This document shows, piece by piece, positions 9,170-18,249 of a DNA stretch of 51,768 nt. A program made the position numbers and the translations under genes. Below the pieces are notes generated by a model that saw nothing but the letters and a program-made list of their open reading frames with translations, made no database searches and was not told the origin of the DNA. Source of the DNA: Caldisericota bacterium (GTDB lineage: Bacteria > Caldisericota > Caldisericia > Cryosericales > Cryosericaceae); NCBI GenBank assembly GCA_026390195.1, contig JAPLGK010000024.1, positions 1-51,768 on the forward strand. Direction: 5' to 3'. Positions within the stretch are counted from its first letter, which is position 1. Each line of letters opens with the position of its first letter.

Positions 9170-10609
9170 ATGCACACGAGAATTCGTCGTTTCACCGGTC
9201 TTTTCCTGATTGTCGTCGCCATGCTTGTCGCCAGTATCCCATCCACGACTGTACGGGCAGCATACCGGCCAGTGTCGTCTGTCGTGCTCACCGTAGGGAG
9301 TCCGACGATGACTGTAAACGGTTTCCTCTTTCCGATCGATCCTGCGAACTTGAAGGTCGTTCCTGTTGTCGAAGCAGCGTGGGATAGAGCTCTCGTGCCG
9401 ATTCGCAGCATCGTCGAGCTGACTGGTGGCGACGTGAAGTGGACCCCCGCCACCAGGACAGTGCATCTGTCGCTGGAGTCACACGTGGTCGAACTGACGG
9501 TGGGGAAGGCCAGTGCGCGGGTCGACGGACGCACAGTATGGATCGACACAAACCATCGGGTCGTGCCGACCATCGTTCTCGGTCATGTGATGATCCCCGT
9601 CCGGTTTGCCGCACAGTCGCTCGGAGGGCTGGCAAACTGGAATGCTGAGAGCAAGATGATTACGCTGACGCTGCCCAAACAGATGGAGCAGGTCACCGAC
9701 ATGATGGGGCACGCCGTGACTGTGCCGCGTCGCGTGGTGCGCATTGCGACCCTTTCCGCGACTGCCACCCAGCTTGTCTTTGCCGTCGGAGCACAGGACC
9801 AGCTCGTCGTCGCAAGCTTCGGTTCCGCCGTCAAGGGGAAGGCCATGGAGGCGATCTATCCTCGGATGAACCAGGTCCCCGAAGCTGGCAACCAGAATGC
9901 GGCGAACGTCGAGACTCTGCTTGCAGCCCGTCCGGATATCGTACTGACGGAAGAGGGCCCCGCGCTGGATCAGATGAAGGCAGTTGGGCTGCCGGCGTAC
10001 GCGTTCTCGGCCGAGCAGCCGGGACAGCTCTACGATGCCATCAAGCGGATGGGAGCGTTGACCGGGCACACGGCAGAAGCAGCTGCCTCGCTCGACGTGC
10101 TGACCACGAAGATGAAGGAGATCACGGACGCGGTCGGGGTCGTGGAACCTGCGCGAAGCCTCAAGGTCTACGTCGCCGGGACGAGCATCTTCAGGACGTT
10201 TGGCGGTGACTTCTTCCAGACGTTCATAGTGAGGAACGCCGGGGGCGTGAGCGTTTCCGAGCAACTGACTGGCGGCAAAGTTGACGTTTCTCCCGAGCAG
10301 GTGCTCGTCTGGAACCCGGACATCATCATCCTCACGTCTTATACCAAGGACACCGTGAGTGACGTCATTACCAACCCCAAGCTGCAGAATGTGGCGGCCG
10401 TGCGGGACCACAGGGTCTACGTGATGCCGAAATACGTTGTCTCGTGGGACATGCCGGTCCCCGAGTCGTTTCTGGGCACGATGTGGCTGGCCCACAAGCT
10501 CTATCCCGACCAGGTCCGGTTCGACATGTCTGCCGAGATTGCACAGTTCTACCGGCAGTTCTATGGGTTCACGGTCCCCGCGGCCGACCTTGCGGCGCTT
10601 TCCCAGTAG
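9170..10609 (+). CDS. Stalk (Cu amine oxidase N-terminal) domain fused to a BtuF/FecB-type ABC substrate-binding protein
   Basis: Signal peptide; R.LVPIR and MIPVRF stalk motifs; TDMMGHAVTVPRRVVRI, NVETLLAARPD, EQVLVWNPD, AVRDHRVY. Confidence 0.85.
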   Translation: MHTRIRRFTGLFLIVVAMLVASIPSTTVRAAYRPVSSVVLTVGSPTMTVNGFLFPIDPANLKVVPVVEAAWDRALVPIRSIVELTGGDVKWTPATRTVHLSLESHVVELTVGKASARVDGRTVWIDTNHRVVPTIVLGHVMIPVRFAAQSLGGLANWNAESKMITLTLPKQMEQVTDMMGHAVTVPRRVVRIATLSATATQLVFAVGAQDQLVVASFGSAVKGKAMEAIYPRMNQVPEAGNQNAANVETLLAARPDIVLTEEGPALDQMKAVGLPAYAFSAEQPGQLYDAIKRMGALTGHTAEAAASLDVLTTKMKEITDAVGVVEPARSLKVYVAGTSIFRTFGGDFFQTFIVRNAGGVSVSEQLTGGKVDVSPEQVLVWNPDIIILTSYTKDTVSDVITNPKLQNVAAVRDHRVYVMPKYVVSWDMPVPESFLGTMWLAHKLYPDQVRFDMSAEIAQFYRQFYGFTVPAADLAALSQ

Positions 10610-10612
10610 CGC

Positions 10613-11404
10613 ATGGAACAAACCCGTCCGTCGGTCGTTGACATCCAGAATCTTGGCTTTGCCTACGGCGAGGCCATGATCCTCCACGATCTCACCATGG
10701 CTGTGGGTCCCCACGAGGTCTTCGGCATCGTGGGACCAAACGCGGCTGGCAAGACGACGCTCCTTCGCTGTGTTGAGCGGGTCCTGACTCCCCGAACCGG
10801 GACGATCCGTATCGACGGTCGTGACCTGAAGACGCTGTCAGCTCGCGACGTGAGCAGGCGTGTGGCTTCCGTTCCACAGTCTCATACGCCTGCGTTCCCG
10901 TATACCGTTCAGGACATCGTGCTCATGGGACGCAATCCCCACCTGGGCGCTGCTTCTCAGCCCGGTCCGCATGACGTGGCTGTGGCACAGGAGGCCATGG
11001 ACGAACTTGGCATACGTGCGATCGCCGCCCGTCCCTACACCCAGCTGTCCGGTGGACAGCTTCAACTGGTCCTGCTTGCCCGCGCGTTGACACAGGAGGC
11101 ACAGGTCCTGCTGCTGGACGAGCCGACAGCGCACCTCGACTTCCGAAACCGGCACCTGGTGTTGAGTACGATACGCGATCTTGCCGTCCGCCGCGGGCTG
11201 GCCGTCATCATGACCGTCCATGATCCCAACGATGCCATGCAGTATGCCGACCGCGTGGGGCTTGTGAGCGAAGGAGGCCTGATTGCACTCGGGACTCCCC
11301 AGGAGGTCTTGACGGCAGACAATCTGGGGCGACTCTATGGCATGCCCATCGAGGTCCTGACCGATGGCGCACGGCACGTGATTGTCGCAGGGATCGGTTC
11401 ATGA
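10613..11404 (+). CDS. Fe-chelate/cobalamin ABC transporter ATPase
   Basis: GPNAAGKTT, LSGGQLQ, LLLDEPTAHLD, HDPN. Confidence 0.9.
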   Translation: MEQTRPSVVDIQNLGFAYGEAMILHDLTMAVGPHEVFGIVGPNAAGKTTLLRCVERVLTPRTGTIRIDGRDLKTLSARDVSRRVASVPQSHTPAFPYTVQDIVLMGRNPHLGAASQPGPHDVAVAQEAMDELGIRAIAARPYTQLSGGQLQLVLLARALTQEAQVLLLDEPTAHLDFRNRHLVLSTIRDLAVRRGLAVIMTVHDPNDAMQYADRVGLVSEGGLIALGTPQEVLTADNLGRLYGMPIEVLTDGARHVIVAGIGS

Positions 11405-12414
11405 AGCGTGTGCGGTTCCTGCCGACTCTGCTCCTTATGTGGGTGGGCGTGTTAGCGGTGCTTCTGGCGTCGCTTTGCCTGGGTCGCTATCCCATCGCTC
11501 CGAAAACTGTCCTGCAGGTGCTGCTCTCACGTCTCGCGCCCATTCTCCGCACATGGGACCCGACCGTCGAGACCGTAGTCTGGCAGGTGCGGCTTCCCCG
11601 CGCACTGGCGGCTGCCCTGGTCGGTGCTGCGCTTGCTTCCGGCGGAGCAGTCTTCCAGGGGCTGTTCCACAACCCGCTGGTTTCGCCGTACGTTCTTGGT
11701 GTCTCCTCGGGTGCGGGGTTCGGGGCCGCGGTCGCCATCTTGCTGGGCGCAGGCGCTGCGGTCACGCAGGCCTCAGCCTTTGCGACAGGGGCACTTGCGG
11801 TGTCGTTAGCATGGCTGATCGCCCGGTCCGGGCGTGACCGGTCACACGTGACCCTGGTGCTCGCGGGCTTCGTCGTCGGGAGCCTGTTCTCGTCGCTGGT
11901 GGCTGGGGCACAATACGTAGCCGACCCGTCGACGAAGCTGCCCCAGATCGTCTTCTGGTTGATGGGTTCACTTGCGTCTGCGCAGTGGTCGGATCTCCTC
12001 AGGGCCGTCGTCGTGATCGTGCCGTGCCTGCTGGCCATCACGGTGTTGCGCTGGAAGCTCAACATCCTCTCCATGGGCGACGACGAGGCGCGGTCGCTGG
12101 GCGAGAACCCCACGGCGATGAGGGTCGTGCTCATCGGGTTGACGACCATGACCACTGCTGTCAGCGTGGCGCTCTCCGGTGTCATCGGGTGGGTCGGGCT
12201 GGTCGTGCCGCATCTGGCACGCGGCATCGTCGGGCCGGATTCCCGCAAGCTCATACCGGCTTCCATCGCCCTGGGGGCAATCTACGTGATGATCATCGAC
12301 GATGTGGCGCGTAGCCTGACGATGGCGGAGATCCCGCTGGGTATTCTGACCGGGATCGTTGGTGCGCCCGTCTTCGCGCTGCTGTTGCGCCGAAGCCGCT
12401 CGGACTGGGACTAG
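11401..12414 (+). CDS. FecCD/BtuC-family ABC permease
   Basis: RLPR, QGLFHNPLVSP..LGVSSGA, EARSLG, IGWVGLVVPH, EIPLG. Confidence 0.9.
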   Translation: MKRVRFLPTLLLMWVGVLAVLLASLCLGRYPIAPKTVLQVLLSRLAPILRTWDPTVETVVWQVRLPRALAAALVGAALASGGAVFQGLFHNPLVSPYVLGVSSGAGFGAAVAILLGAGAAVTQASAFATGALAVSLAWLIARSGRDRSHVTLVLAGFVVGSLFSSLVAGAQYVADPSTKLPQIVFWLMGSLASAQWSDLLRAVVVIVPCLLAITVLRWKLNILSMGDDEARSLGENPTAMRVVLIGLTTMTTAVSVALSGVIGWVGLVVPHLARGIVGPDSRKLIPASIALGAIYVMIIDDVARSLTMAEIPLGILTGIVGAPVFALLLRRSRSDWD

Positions 12415-12935
12415 AGCGTCTGCAGCAGCTGTTTCACAACAGAGGACAACACTCTGCCGCGCTCGACCTCAGGCCCCCCAATGATCCGAACAGAGACTCC
12501 TGTCACGACGCGCCACTCCTGCATCTCCTGCCACGTGGTGGTTACCTTCTCCTCTCGAACCGGGACTGCGCGCGTTGCAAAGTGCTCGTTCGCCAGGCAC
12601 TCCTCCAGTGAGGGAAGCAGCACCAGGACGTCGAGCCGGGGCGCGGGCGGGTTATCGACGAGAGGGGCAAGCTGGTCTGGCAGTACCGTACCATCGACGA
12701 TGACCGTGCACGTCGCTGCCAGGTCGCGCGCGAGGGCCAGCTGGTGGCGCAGGATCACAGCGTACAATTCAGCCTCGTTGCCCATCCACCTGTTGCGGCC
12801 CTGCGCCAGCACCTCATGGAACAGGTCGTCAACGTGCAGAAGGACGGAGCCCACCAGTGCTCGGTGGGCCTCAGCCGCGAACGTCGACTTTCCGCTTGCC
12901 CGCGGACCAGTGATCAGGATGACATGTGCGCTCAT
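12411..12935 (-). CDS. P-loop kinase (AAA_33/AAA_18-like)
   Basis: ILITGPRASGKST, VIVDG. Confidence 0.7.
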   Translation of the reverse strand: MSAHVILITGPRASGKSTFAAEAHRALVGSVLLHVDDLFHEVLAQGRNRWMGNEAELYAVILRHQLALARDLAATCTVIVDGTVLPDQLAPLVDNPPAPRLDVLVLLPSLEECLANEHFATRAVPVREEKVTTTWQEMQEWRVVTGVSVRIIGGPEVERGRVLSSVVKQLLQTL

Positions 12936-13092
12936 GTAATCAGTCTACTCTGGTTTAGATGTCCGTTCCCCATTGACGCCCCCTTGCCCCTTCTTCGACC
13001 ATTCTTTTCGACAGCCCCTTTCGGAGCCTACTGCATACTGTAGCAGGATTCGGTAAGCGAGACAGCGGAGCCTTCAACCGTCGCCAGCATTC

Positions 13093-13118
13093 TTCATTCC
13101 CGCGTATGCGGGAATCTA
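13093..13118 (+). repeat. REP/dRS3-like palindrome, copy 1
   Basis: TTCATTCCC-GCGTATGC-GGGAATCTA (ATTCCC-N8-GGGAAT). Confidence 0.7.
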
Positions 13119-13183
13119 TCTCTTGTCGCAGTTGAGCAAGTCGCTAAATCCGGGGATACTGTGAGCGGCAGAGGTGATGGACG

Positions 13184-14254
13184 ATGACCGGCAGGAAGAT
13201 CCTGAAAGGCGCGCTGACTCAATTGCCCATCGAACTCTATGAGCTGATGGTCCAGGGCGCCTCACGCCGTCCGCTTCCTCCCATCGCCTTCACCAGCAGG
13301 GACCACTTTTCCCACCGGGGGGCACGCATCGAGTGGTGGTATTTCACCAGCGTGCTGACGACACCGGCGAGAAAAGCGCCCGTTGGACTCGAAGTGACCT
13401 TCTTCAGAGTGAAAACGCTGGTCGACAGCGTGATCGTCCACGCAGCTGTCACCGACGTCGATGGCCAGAAGTACTCTTATACCGGCATGGTCCTGCCCGT
13501 GCACATTCCCTTCACCTCCGACGCTCAAACAGTGATTGCATTGTTCGGCAACCGGGTGGGGTTCAGTGAAGATCGCAACAGTCTCGTCATCGACACACGC
13601 CTGAGGGGCCTGCAGGTACACTGTTCTTGTGCCATCCAGGACGTCATGGCACAGGGAGCGGGTGGTATCCTGGAGATGCAGAACAGCCCAGGTGATGCGT
13701 CCTACTACTTCACGTTGCCTAACCTGCGGACCGAGGGCACGATTGTCCTGAACGGCGAGAGTCTTCCCGTCACCGGGCTGACGTGGCATGACCACCAGTG
13801 GGGCAACTTCAACGTGGTCAACCTCAAGTGGGACTGGTTCTCGCTCCGGTTCGACGATGAGGACCTGTATGTCATGCTGTTCAACTTCGACCGGTGGGGC
13901 ACGACGTACGGAGCCGGGAACGTGTACCGGCATGGGCGAACGATGCGGGTCGAACGGTTTGAGGTGCGGGCGTCGGACGTCTGCGTGGCTCAGAACGGCA
14001 TCACATACCGCATCGACTGGGAGCTGCGGATCTTTGAGAATCCCGAAGCATCCACTCCCTTCATGACCGCACACGTGAGACCGGTCCTCAAGGAGCAGTA
14101 CCTGTCATCGTTGATCACGCCGGGCTACTGGGAGGGCCTGTGCACCGTCCACGGTGAGATCACGACCCCGGTCGACCTGGATGGTACCCGCTTCCTGGAC
14201 AGAAAGGTACTGGACGGGTTCGCCTACGTGGAGCTGACGGGATACGAACAGTAG
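13184..14254 (+). CDS. Lipocalin-like CrtC/AttH-family hydratase-like protein
   Basis: EWWYF, SYYFT, WHDHQWG, WDWFSL, YWEG, AYVELTGY. Confidence 0.8.
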   Translation: MTGRKILKGALTQLPIELYELMVQGASRRPLPPIAFTSRDHFSHRGARIEWWYFTSVLTTPARKAPVGLEVTFFRVKTLVDSVIVHAAVTDVDGQKYSYTGMVLPVHIPFTSDAQTVIALFGNRVGFSEDRNSLVIDTRLRGLQVHCSCAIQDVMAQGAGGILEMQNSPGDASYYFTLPNLRTEGTIVLNGESLPVTGLTWHDHQWGNFNVVNLKWDWFSLRFDDEDLYVMLFNFDRWGTTYGAGNVYRHGRTMRVERFEVRASDVCVAQNGITYRIDWELRIFENPEASTPFMTAHVRPVLKEQYLSSLITPGYWEGLCTVHGEITTPVDLDGTRFLDRKVLDGFAYVELTGYEQ

Positions 14255-14276
14255 CTGGTGCCACGCAACGACAGAC

Positions 14277-14304
14277 CTGGATTCCCGCCTGTGCGGGAAT
14301 GACG
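14277..14304 (-). repeat. REP/dRS3-like palindrome, copy 2 (inverted relative to copy 1)
   Basis: Reverse strand reads CGTCATTCCC-GCACAGGC-GGGAATCCAG. Confidence 0.75.
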
Positions 14305-14557
14305 AATGCTCGAGAATGACGAAGGCGGACCATTTCCACATGTGCCGGCTGGAGCAGGACATCAGACTTCGACCGCATACACTGATCTCCGACCATTTCT
14401 CTGGAATGTTCGTGCTGTAGGATGCCGATGCACCAGGTTGACAGAGACCAGCCCTTTCTCGCTGTCCCCAACCAACAAAGAAGAATCCGGAACACTGTCT
14501 GGATCATCCAAGAAGAGTATAATTAACCTGCTTCTAGGCAAAACAGGGAGGACCAAT

Positions 14558-15061
14558 ATGGCTGGCAATCTGAATGAGATTTTGCCCGATCCTATCAGCG
14601 AGGCAGATGAGCAGATTCTGCTGGACTTGTTGAAGCGCAAGATGATGGTGATGGCGGATGTCGCCGTAGAGCTCCTGCATGCCATGGAGAGAGAATTCGG
14701 TTCAGAAGCGCGTGAAGTCGTTCGAGAAATGATCAACCACCAAGAGTTTGAATCACGTCAAGATGCCGGAAAGCCAGAGACGGATCTTCGCGATTTCTGT
14801 GCAATGGTAGACAAGGCCGCTGTAGGCACTCACACATGGAAGAAGACCGAGGATATGCCTGACAGCGTAGGCTACAGTTTCACCAGATGCATGTACGCCG
14901 AGATCTTTTGTGAGCTTGAGGAGCCTGAACTGGGGTCGATAATGTGTTCAAGAGACGAGCCCTGGGTCAAATCCTTCAACCCGAAGCTGGCTTTCAGGAG
15001 AACCAAGGCGCTGATGAACGGGGACGAGATCTGTGACAACACGTACTACGTGGAGACTTAG
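14558..15061 (+). CDS. L-2-amino-thiazoline-4-carboxylic acid hydrolase (ATC_hydrolase)-family protein
   Basis: TRCMYAEIF, ELG.IMCSRD, RTKALMNGDEICD; SD GGGAGG; upstream TATAAT at 14518. Confidence 0.75.
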   Translation: MAGNLNEILPDPISEADEQILLDLLKRKMMVMADVAVELLHAMEREFGSEAREVVREMINHQEFESRQDAGKPETDLRDFCAMVDKAAVGTHTWKKTEDMPDSVGYSFTRCMYAEIFCELEEPELGSIMCSRDEPWVKSFNPKLAFRRTKALMNGDEICDNTYYVET

Positions 15062-15325
15062 CCGCTCGAAACGCGGGCCAAGAGACAAGATTCAGCAGTG
15101 CGGCTCTCTCACGTAGACGCGCGTCAGCCCCCTCTATGGATCGCATACCGCGAGAGACTCAGTGCACCACCAATTGGCACGCGAGTTTCTGGCGGGCTCC
15201 AGATCGTGTGACATCATAGTTCGACCATTTCTGGAACAACTAGTCTGCAGGCGGCTTTCTGTTGCGAAAATGGTCAAACACTGATGTCCTACTGCAGCTG
15301 GAATTGCCGTCTTCTCTTGGGGCCC

Positions 15326-15364
15326 TTGACACATGACAGTATTATCATATGATACCAGCATCAT
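15326..15364 (+). promoter_or_regulatory. Promoter with two tandem ArsR/SmtB-type operators
   Basis: TTGACA-16-TATGAT overlapped by ATGA-N8-TCAT at 15333-15348 and 15349-15364. Confidence 0.7.
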
Positions 15365-15665
15365 GAAAACCAACACGACACTCGACGCACTGACGTCGTT
15401 CTACAAGCTGCTGGCAAATGAGTCGCGGCTGTCCATCCTGCTTGCTCTCCGCGATGGTGAGGACAACGTCGCCGGCATCTGCGGCCAAACGGGCCTGAGC
15501 CAGACGCTCGTCTCGCACCAGCTAGCCGTCCTGCACCGCAGCGATGTCGTCCGTTCCCGCAAGGATGGACGGCGCACGTTCTACGCCTTGGCGGACAAGC
15601 ACATCGACATCATTGTCGGGTTTGCGCTGGACCATCTTGCAGAAAAGGAAGTACACCATGAGTGA
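15363..15665 (+). CDS. ArsR/SmtB metal-sensing repressor (alpha5 site, Zn/Co-type)
   Basis: LANESRLSIL, LSQTLVSHQL, RKDGR..FY; D-x-H-x10-H-x2-E (DKHIDIIVGFALDHLAE). Confidence 0.9.
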   Translation: MKTNTTLDALTSFYKLLANESRLSILLALRDGEDNVAGICGQTGLSQTLVSHQLAVLHRSDVVRSRKDGRRTFYALADKHIDIIVGFALDHLAEKEVHHE

Positions 15666-16560
15666 CCACCACGAACAGGAGCTGGCCACTGGGCGCAACC
15701 TGCTCATCTCCATTCTGATGAACGTTGTCATCACTGTATCGGAAGTCGTCGGCGGCCTCGTCTCCGGCTCGCTGGCGCTACTTGCCGACGCATTTCACAA
15801 TGCGACGGACACCCTGGCCGGTGTCCTGGCTCTGTGGACGCTGCGCCTGGGGCGGCGCGCCCATGACGAGCAGTACACATTCGGGTATCGGCGTGCCGAG
15901 ATCCTGTCCGCGGGCATCAACGCAGGGGCCATGGTCGTCATCGCGTTCGTCCTGTTCCGCGAGGCATACGTACGGTTCCTGCATCCGGTCCCCATCAAGG
16001 GCGCCATCATGCTGGCCGTTGCCCTGGTCGGGCTGGGGGCCAACCTCGTGTCCGTCCTCCTGCTCCACCGCTCCGCCGGCGAAAGCCTCAACATCCGCGG
16101 CGCCTACCTGCACCTGCTGTCGGACACGCTCTCGTCCGTTGGCGTTGTTGTGGGCGGTGTCGTCGTCACGCTGTGGCGGGCCACGTGGGTGGACTCGCTG
16201 GTCACGGTTCTGGTGGCTGCCTGGGTCCTGAAGGAGGCGTTCTCGGTCGTCCGCGAGGCCGGTGGCATCCTCATGGAGCGGGCCCCGGAGGGGCTGGATC
16301 TAGCGCAGCTGGACGCCGACATCCGGGCGCTGCCGCATGTGAAGGACCTGCATCATGTCCATGCCTGGCAGCTGGGCGATACCGAGACGATGTTCGAGGG
16401 GCACCTAAACGTCGACGACATCTCGGTCCGCGACACCGGGCCAATGCGGGAGCAGATAGAAGGGCTGCTGCATGACAAATACGGTATCACGCACGCCACC
16501 CTGCAGTTTGAGTACGAGTCCTGCAAGGGGGCCGGGCTCATCGTGCACGGCAAGAACTAA
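15658..16560 (+). CDS. czcD: CDF cation efflux transporter (CzcD/ZitB)
   Basis: SGSLALLADAFHNATD, TFGYRRAEIL, NIRGAYLHLLSD, HHVHAW, HATLQFE. Confidence 0.9.
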   Translation: MSDHHEQELATGRNLLISILMNVVITVSEVVGGLVSGSLALLADAFHNATDTLAGVLALWTLRLGRRAHDEQYTFGYRRAEILSAGINAGAMVVIAFVLFREAYVRFLHPVPIKGAIMLAVALVGLGANLVSVLLLHRSAGESLNIRGAYLHLLSDTLSSVGVVVGGVVVTLWRATWVDSLVTVLVAAWVLKEAFSVVREAGGILMERAPEGLDLAQLDADIRALPHVKDLHHVHAWQLGDTETMFEGHLNVDDISVRDTGPMREQIEGLLHDKYGITHATLQFEYESCKGAGLIVHGKN

Positions 16561-16634
16561 TCGGGAACACTCTGGGCGGCTGTCCGATCAAAGGACGTCA
16601 CTCTTGGAGAATGGCTGAAATCGGGAGGCATGCC

Positions 16635-17618
16635 ATGGTTCGACGAGTATGCATCGCGCGCATTCTTCGGCTTTGTGCGGCGGTTGCCGTCATTACAGGG
16701 TTGTCCATACTGCCGGTCAGGGTCCGGGCGGCGCAGCCACTGGTCGACGGCGTCGTCAAGGTGGGCGAGTACGACCACAGCACCGTGCTGGGAAACGGGC
16801 TGTACACGCTGTCCTGGACTGTTGCGAGTGACACGGCATGGTTCGGCATCCAGGCGACGACGACGGGCTGGGTCGCGCTGGGCATCGACCCCGAGATCGC
16901 GATGAATGGAGCCGACATGGTGTTCGGCTGGGTCAGTGGAGGCAAAGCAACGGTTCTTGACCAGTACTCAACCGGGATGTTCGGGCCACACCCTGACGAC
17001 ACATCATTGGGCGGCACCACGGACATCCTGTTCAGTGGGGGGAGTGAGCAGGCAGGGACGACGACCATCGAGTTCAGCCGCAAGCGGGTCACGGGTGACA
17101 AGTATGACAAGCCGGTGCCGGCGTCCGGGAACCTGAAGATCGTCTGGGCGATCGGCAACGCAGACGGCATATCGCCTCATGCGGCAAAAGGGAGCGCGAC
17201 CATCAACGTCGGGGCTCCTGCGTCCATCGTGCTGACGTTCACGATCGGCTCGATGACAGGGACGCGAAACGGCACACCGGTAACGCTCGACGCGGCTCCC
17301 GTCATCCAGAACGGGAGGACGCTGCTTCCCGTGCGCTACGTCGTAGAGCCGCTGGGGGCGATGGTCACCTGGACCGCAGGCACCCAGACGGTGACCATCC
17401 AGCGCTCAGGCCTGACGCTTGCGCTCGTCGTGGGCAAAGCAACAGCAACTGCGAACGGGGTGAGCGTACGCATCGACCCGGCTGACGCCCACGTGGTGCC
17501 GGTCATTCTCCAGGGGAGGACAATGCTGCCCGCCCGGTTCGTCGCCGAGCAGCTAGGGTGTGCAGTCAGCTATGACCCGACGACAAGGGTTGTGACGGTC
17601 ACCTTCCCGAAGCCCTGA
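16635..17618 (+). CDS. Secreted DOMON-domain protein with C-terminal stalk domain
   Basis: Signal peptide; GWVALG...MNGADMVFG, IEFSRK..TGD..D, WAIG...H; GRTLLPVRY and GRTMLPARF stalk motifs. Confidence 0.8.
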   Translation: MVRRVCIARILRLCAAVAVITGLSILPVRVRAAQPLVDGVVKVGEYDHSTVLGNGLYTLSWTVASDTAWFGIQATTTGWVALGIDPEIAMNGADMVFGWVSGGKATVLDQYSTGMFGPHPDDTSLGGTTDILFSGGSEQAGTTTIEFSRKRVTGDKYDKPVPASGNLKIVWAIGNADGISPHAAKGSATINVGAPASIVLTFTIGSMTGTRNGTPVTLDAAPVIQNGRTLLPVRYVVEPLGAMVTWTAGTQTVTIQRSGLTLALVVGKATATANGVSVRIDPADAHVVPVILQGRTMLPARFVAEQLGCAVSYDPTTRVVTVTFPKP

Positions 17619-17627
17619 GCCAAGGTG

Positions 17628-18041
17628 TTACAGGATGCCGGCCTGCCGCAATCCGGCGAAGATGGTAAGCAGGAACAGCAGAACAGCGACGCGGCCCGCC
17701 CACAGGTGGACAGTCCGCAACTGCCTCCTGTTGGCGTGTGCCTTGGTCGTGATGAGCCCTCCTGCTCCTGTGAGGAACCCCAGCAGGATGGTGACTGTAC
17801 CGAAGATGCCGTGGGGGACGCGGAGGTGTGGTCCACCACTGGCTTGGACCATGCCGGCGGCCACGACCAACCCCGCTGCCAGGAGCACAAACGCTGTCAC
17901 GGCGGCAATCTTGTGAATGCGGAAGGACCCCTTGCGGTGGCGTCCGAGTGTGACAGCCCAGGCGGCCATGAGAAGCGATAGGACAGCACTGCCCATAAGG
18001 ATTGCGTGAACCGGCCAGACTCGTGCATAATCGGCGAACAT
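17628..18041 (-). CDS. Small 4-TM cytochrome b561-like (DUF4079-like) membrane protein
   Basis: Four His, one per TM: VHAILM, IHKI, PHGIFG, VHLWAGR; SD GGAGGTG. Confidence 0.7.
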   Translation of the reverse strand: MFADYARVWPVHAILMGSAVLSLLMAAWAVTLGRHRKGSFRIHKIAAVTAFVLLAAGLVVAAGMVQASGGPHLRVPHGIFGTVTILLGFLTGAGGLITTKAHANRRQLRTVHLWAGRVAVLLFLLTIFAGLRQAGIL

Positions 18042-18249
18042 CGTGACACCTCCCCGTATCATGGGACAGAGCTGGTTTCTGCAACGGCCGCGGCGAGGGC
18101 AAGCCTCATTGTCCTGGTGCCGGCGTCTCTGAACACCATTGTAAGGCCCGGACACGATTTGCAACAGGTGCGTGCCGGTTGATGCGTTTTTCTTCATGAT
18201 GCAGGACGGGCGCGGTATATGATTGCTGCGCTTGAAAGGAGATGATTCC

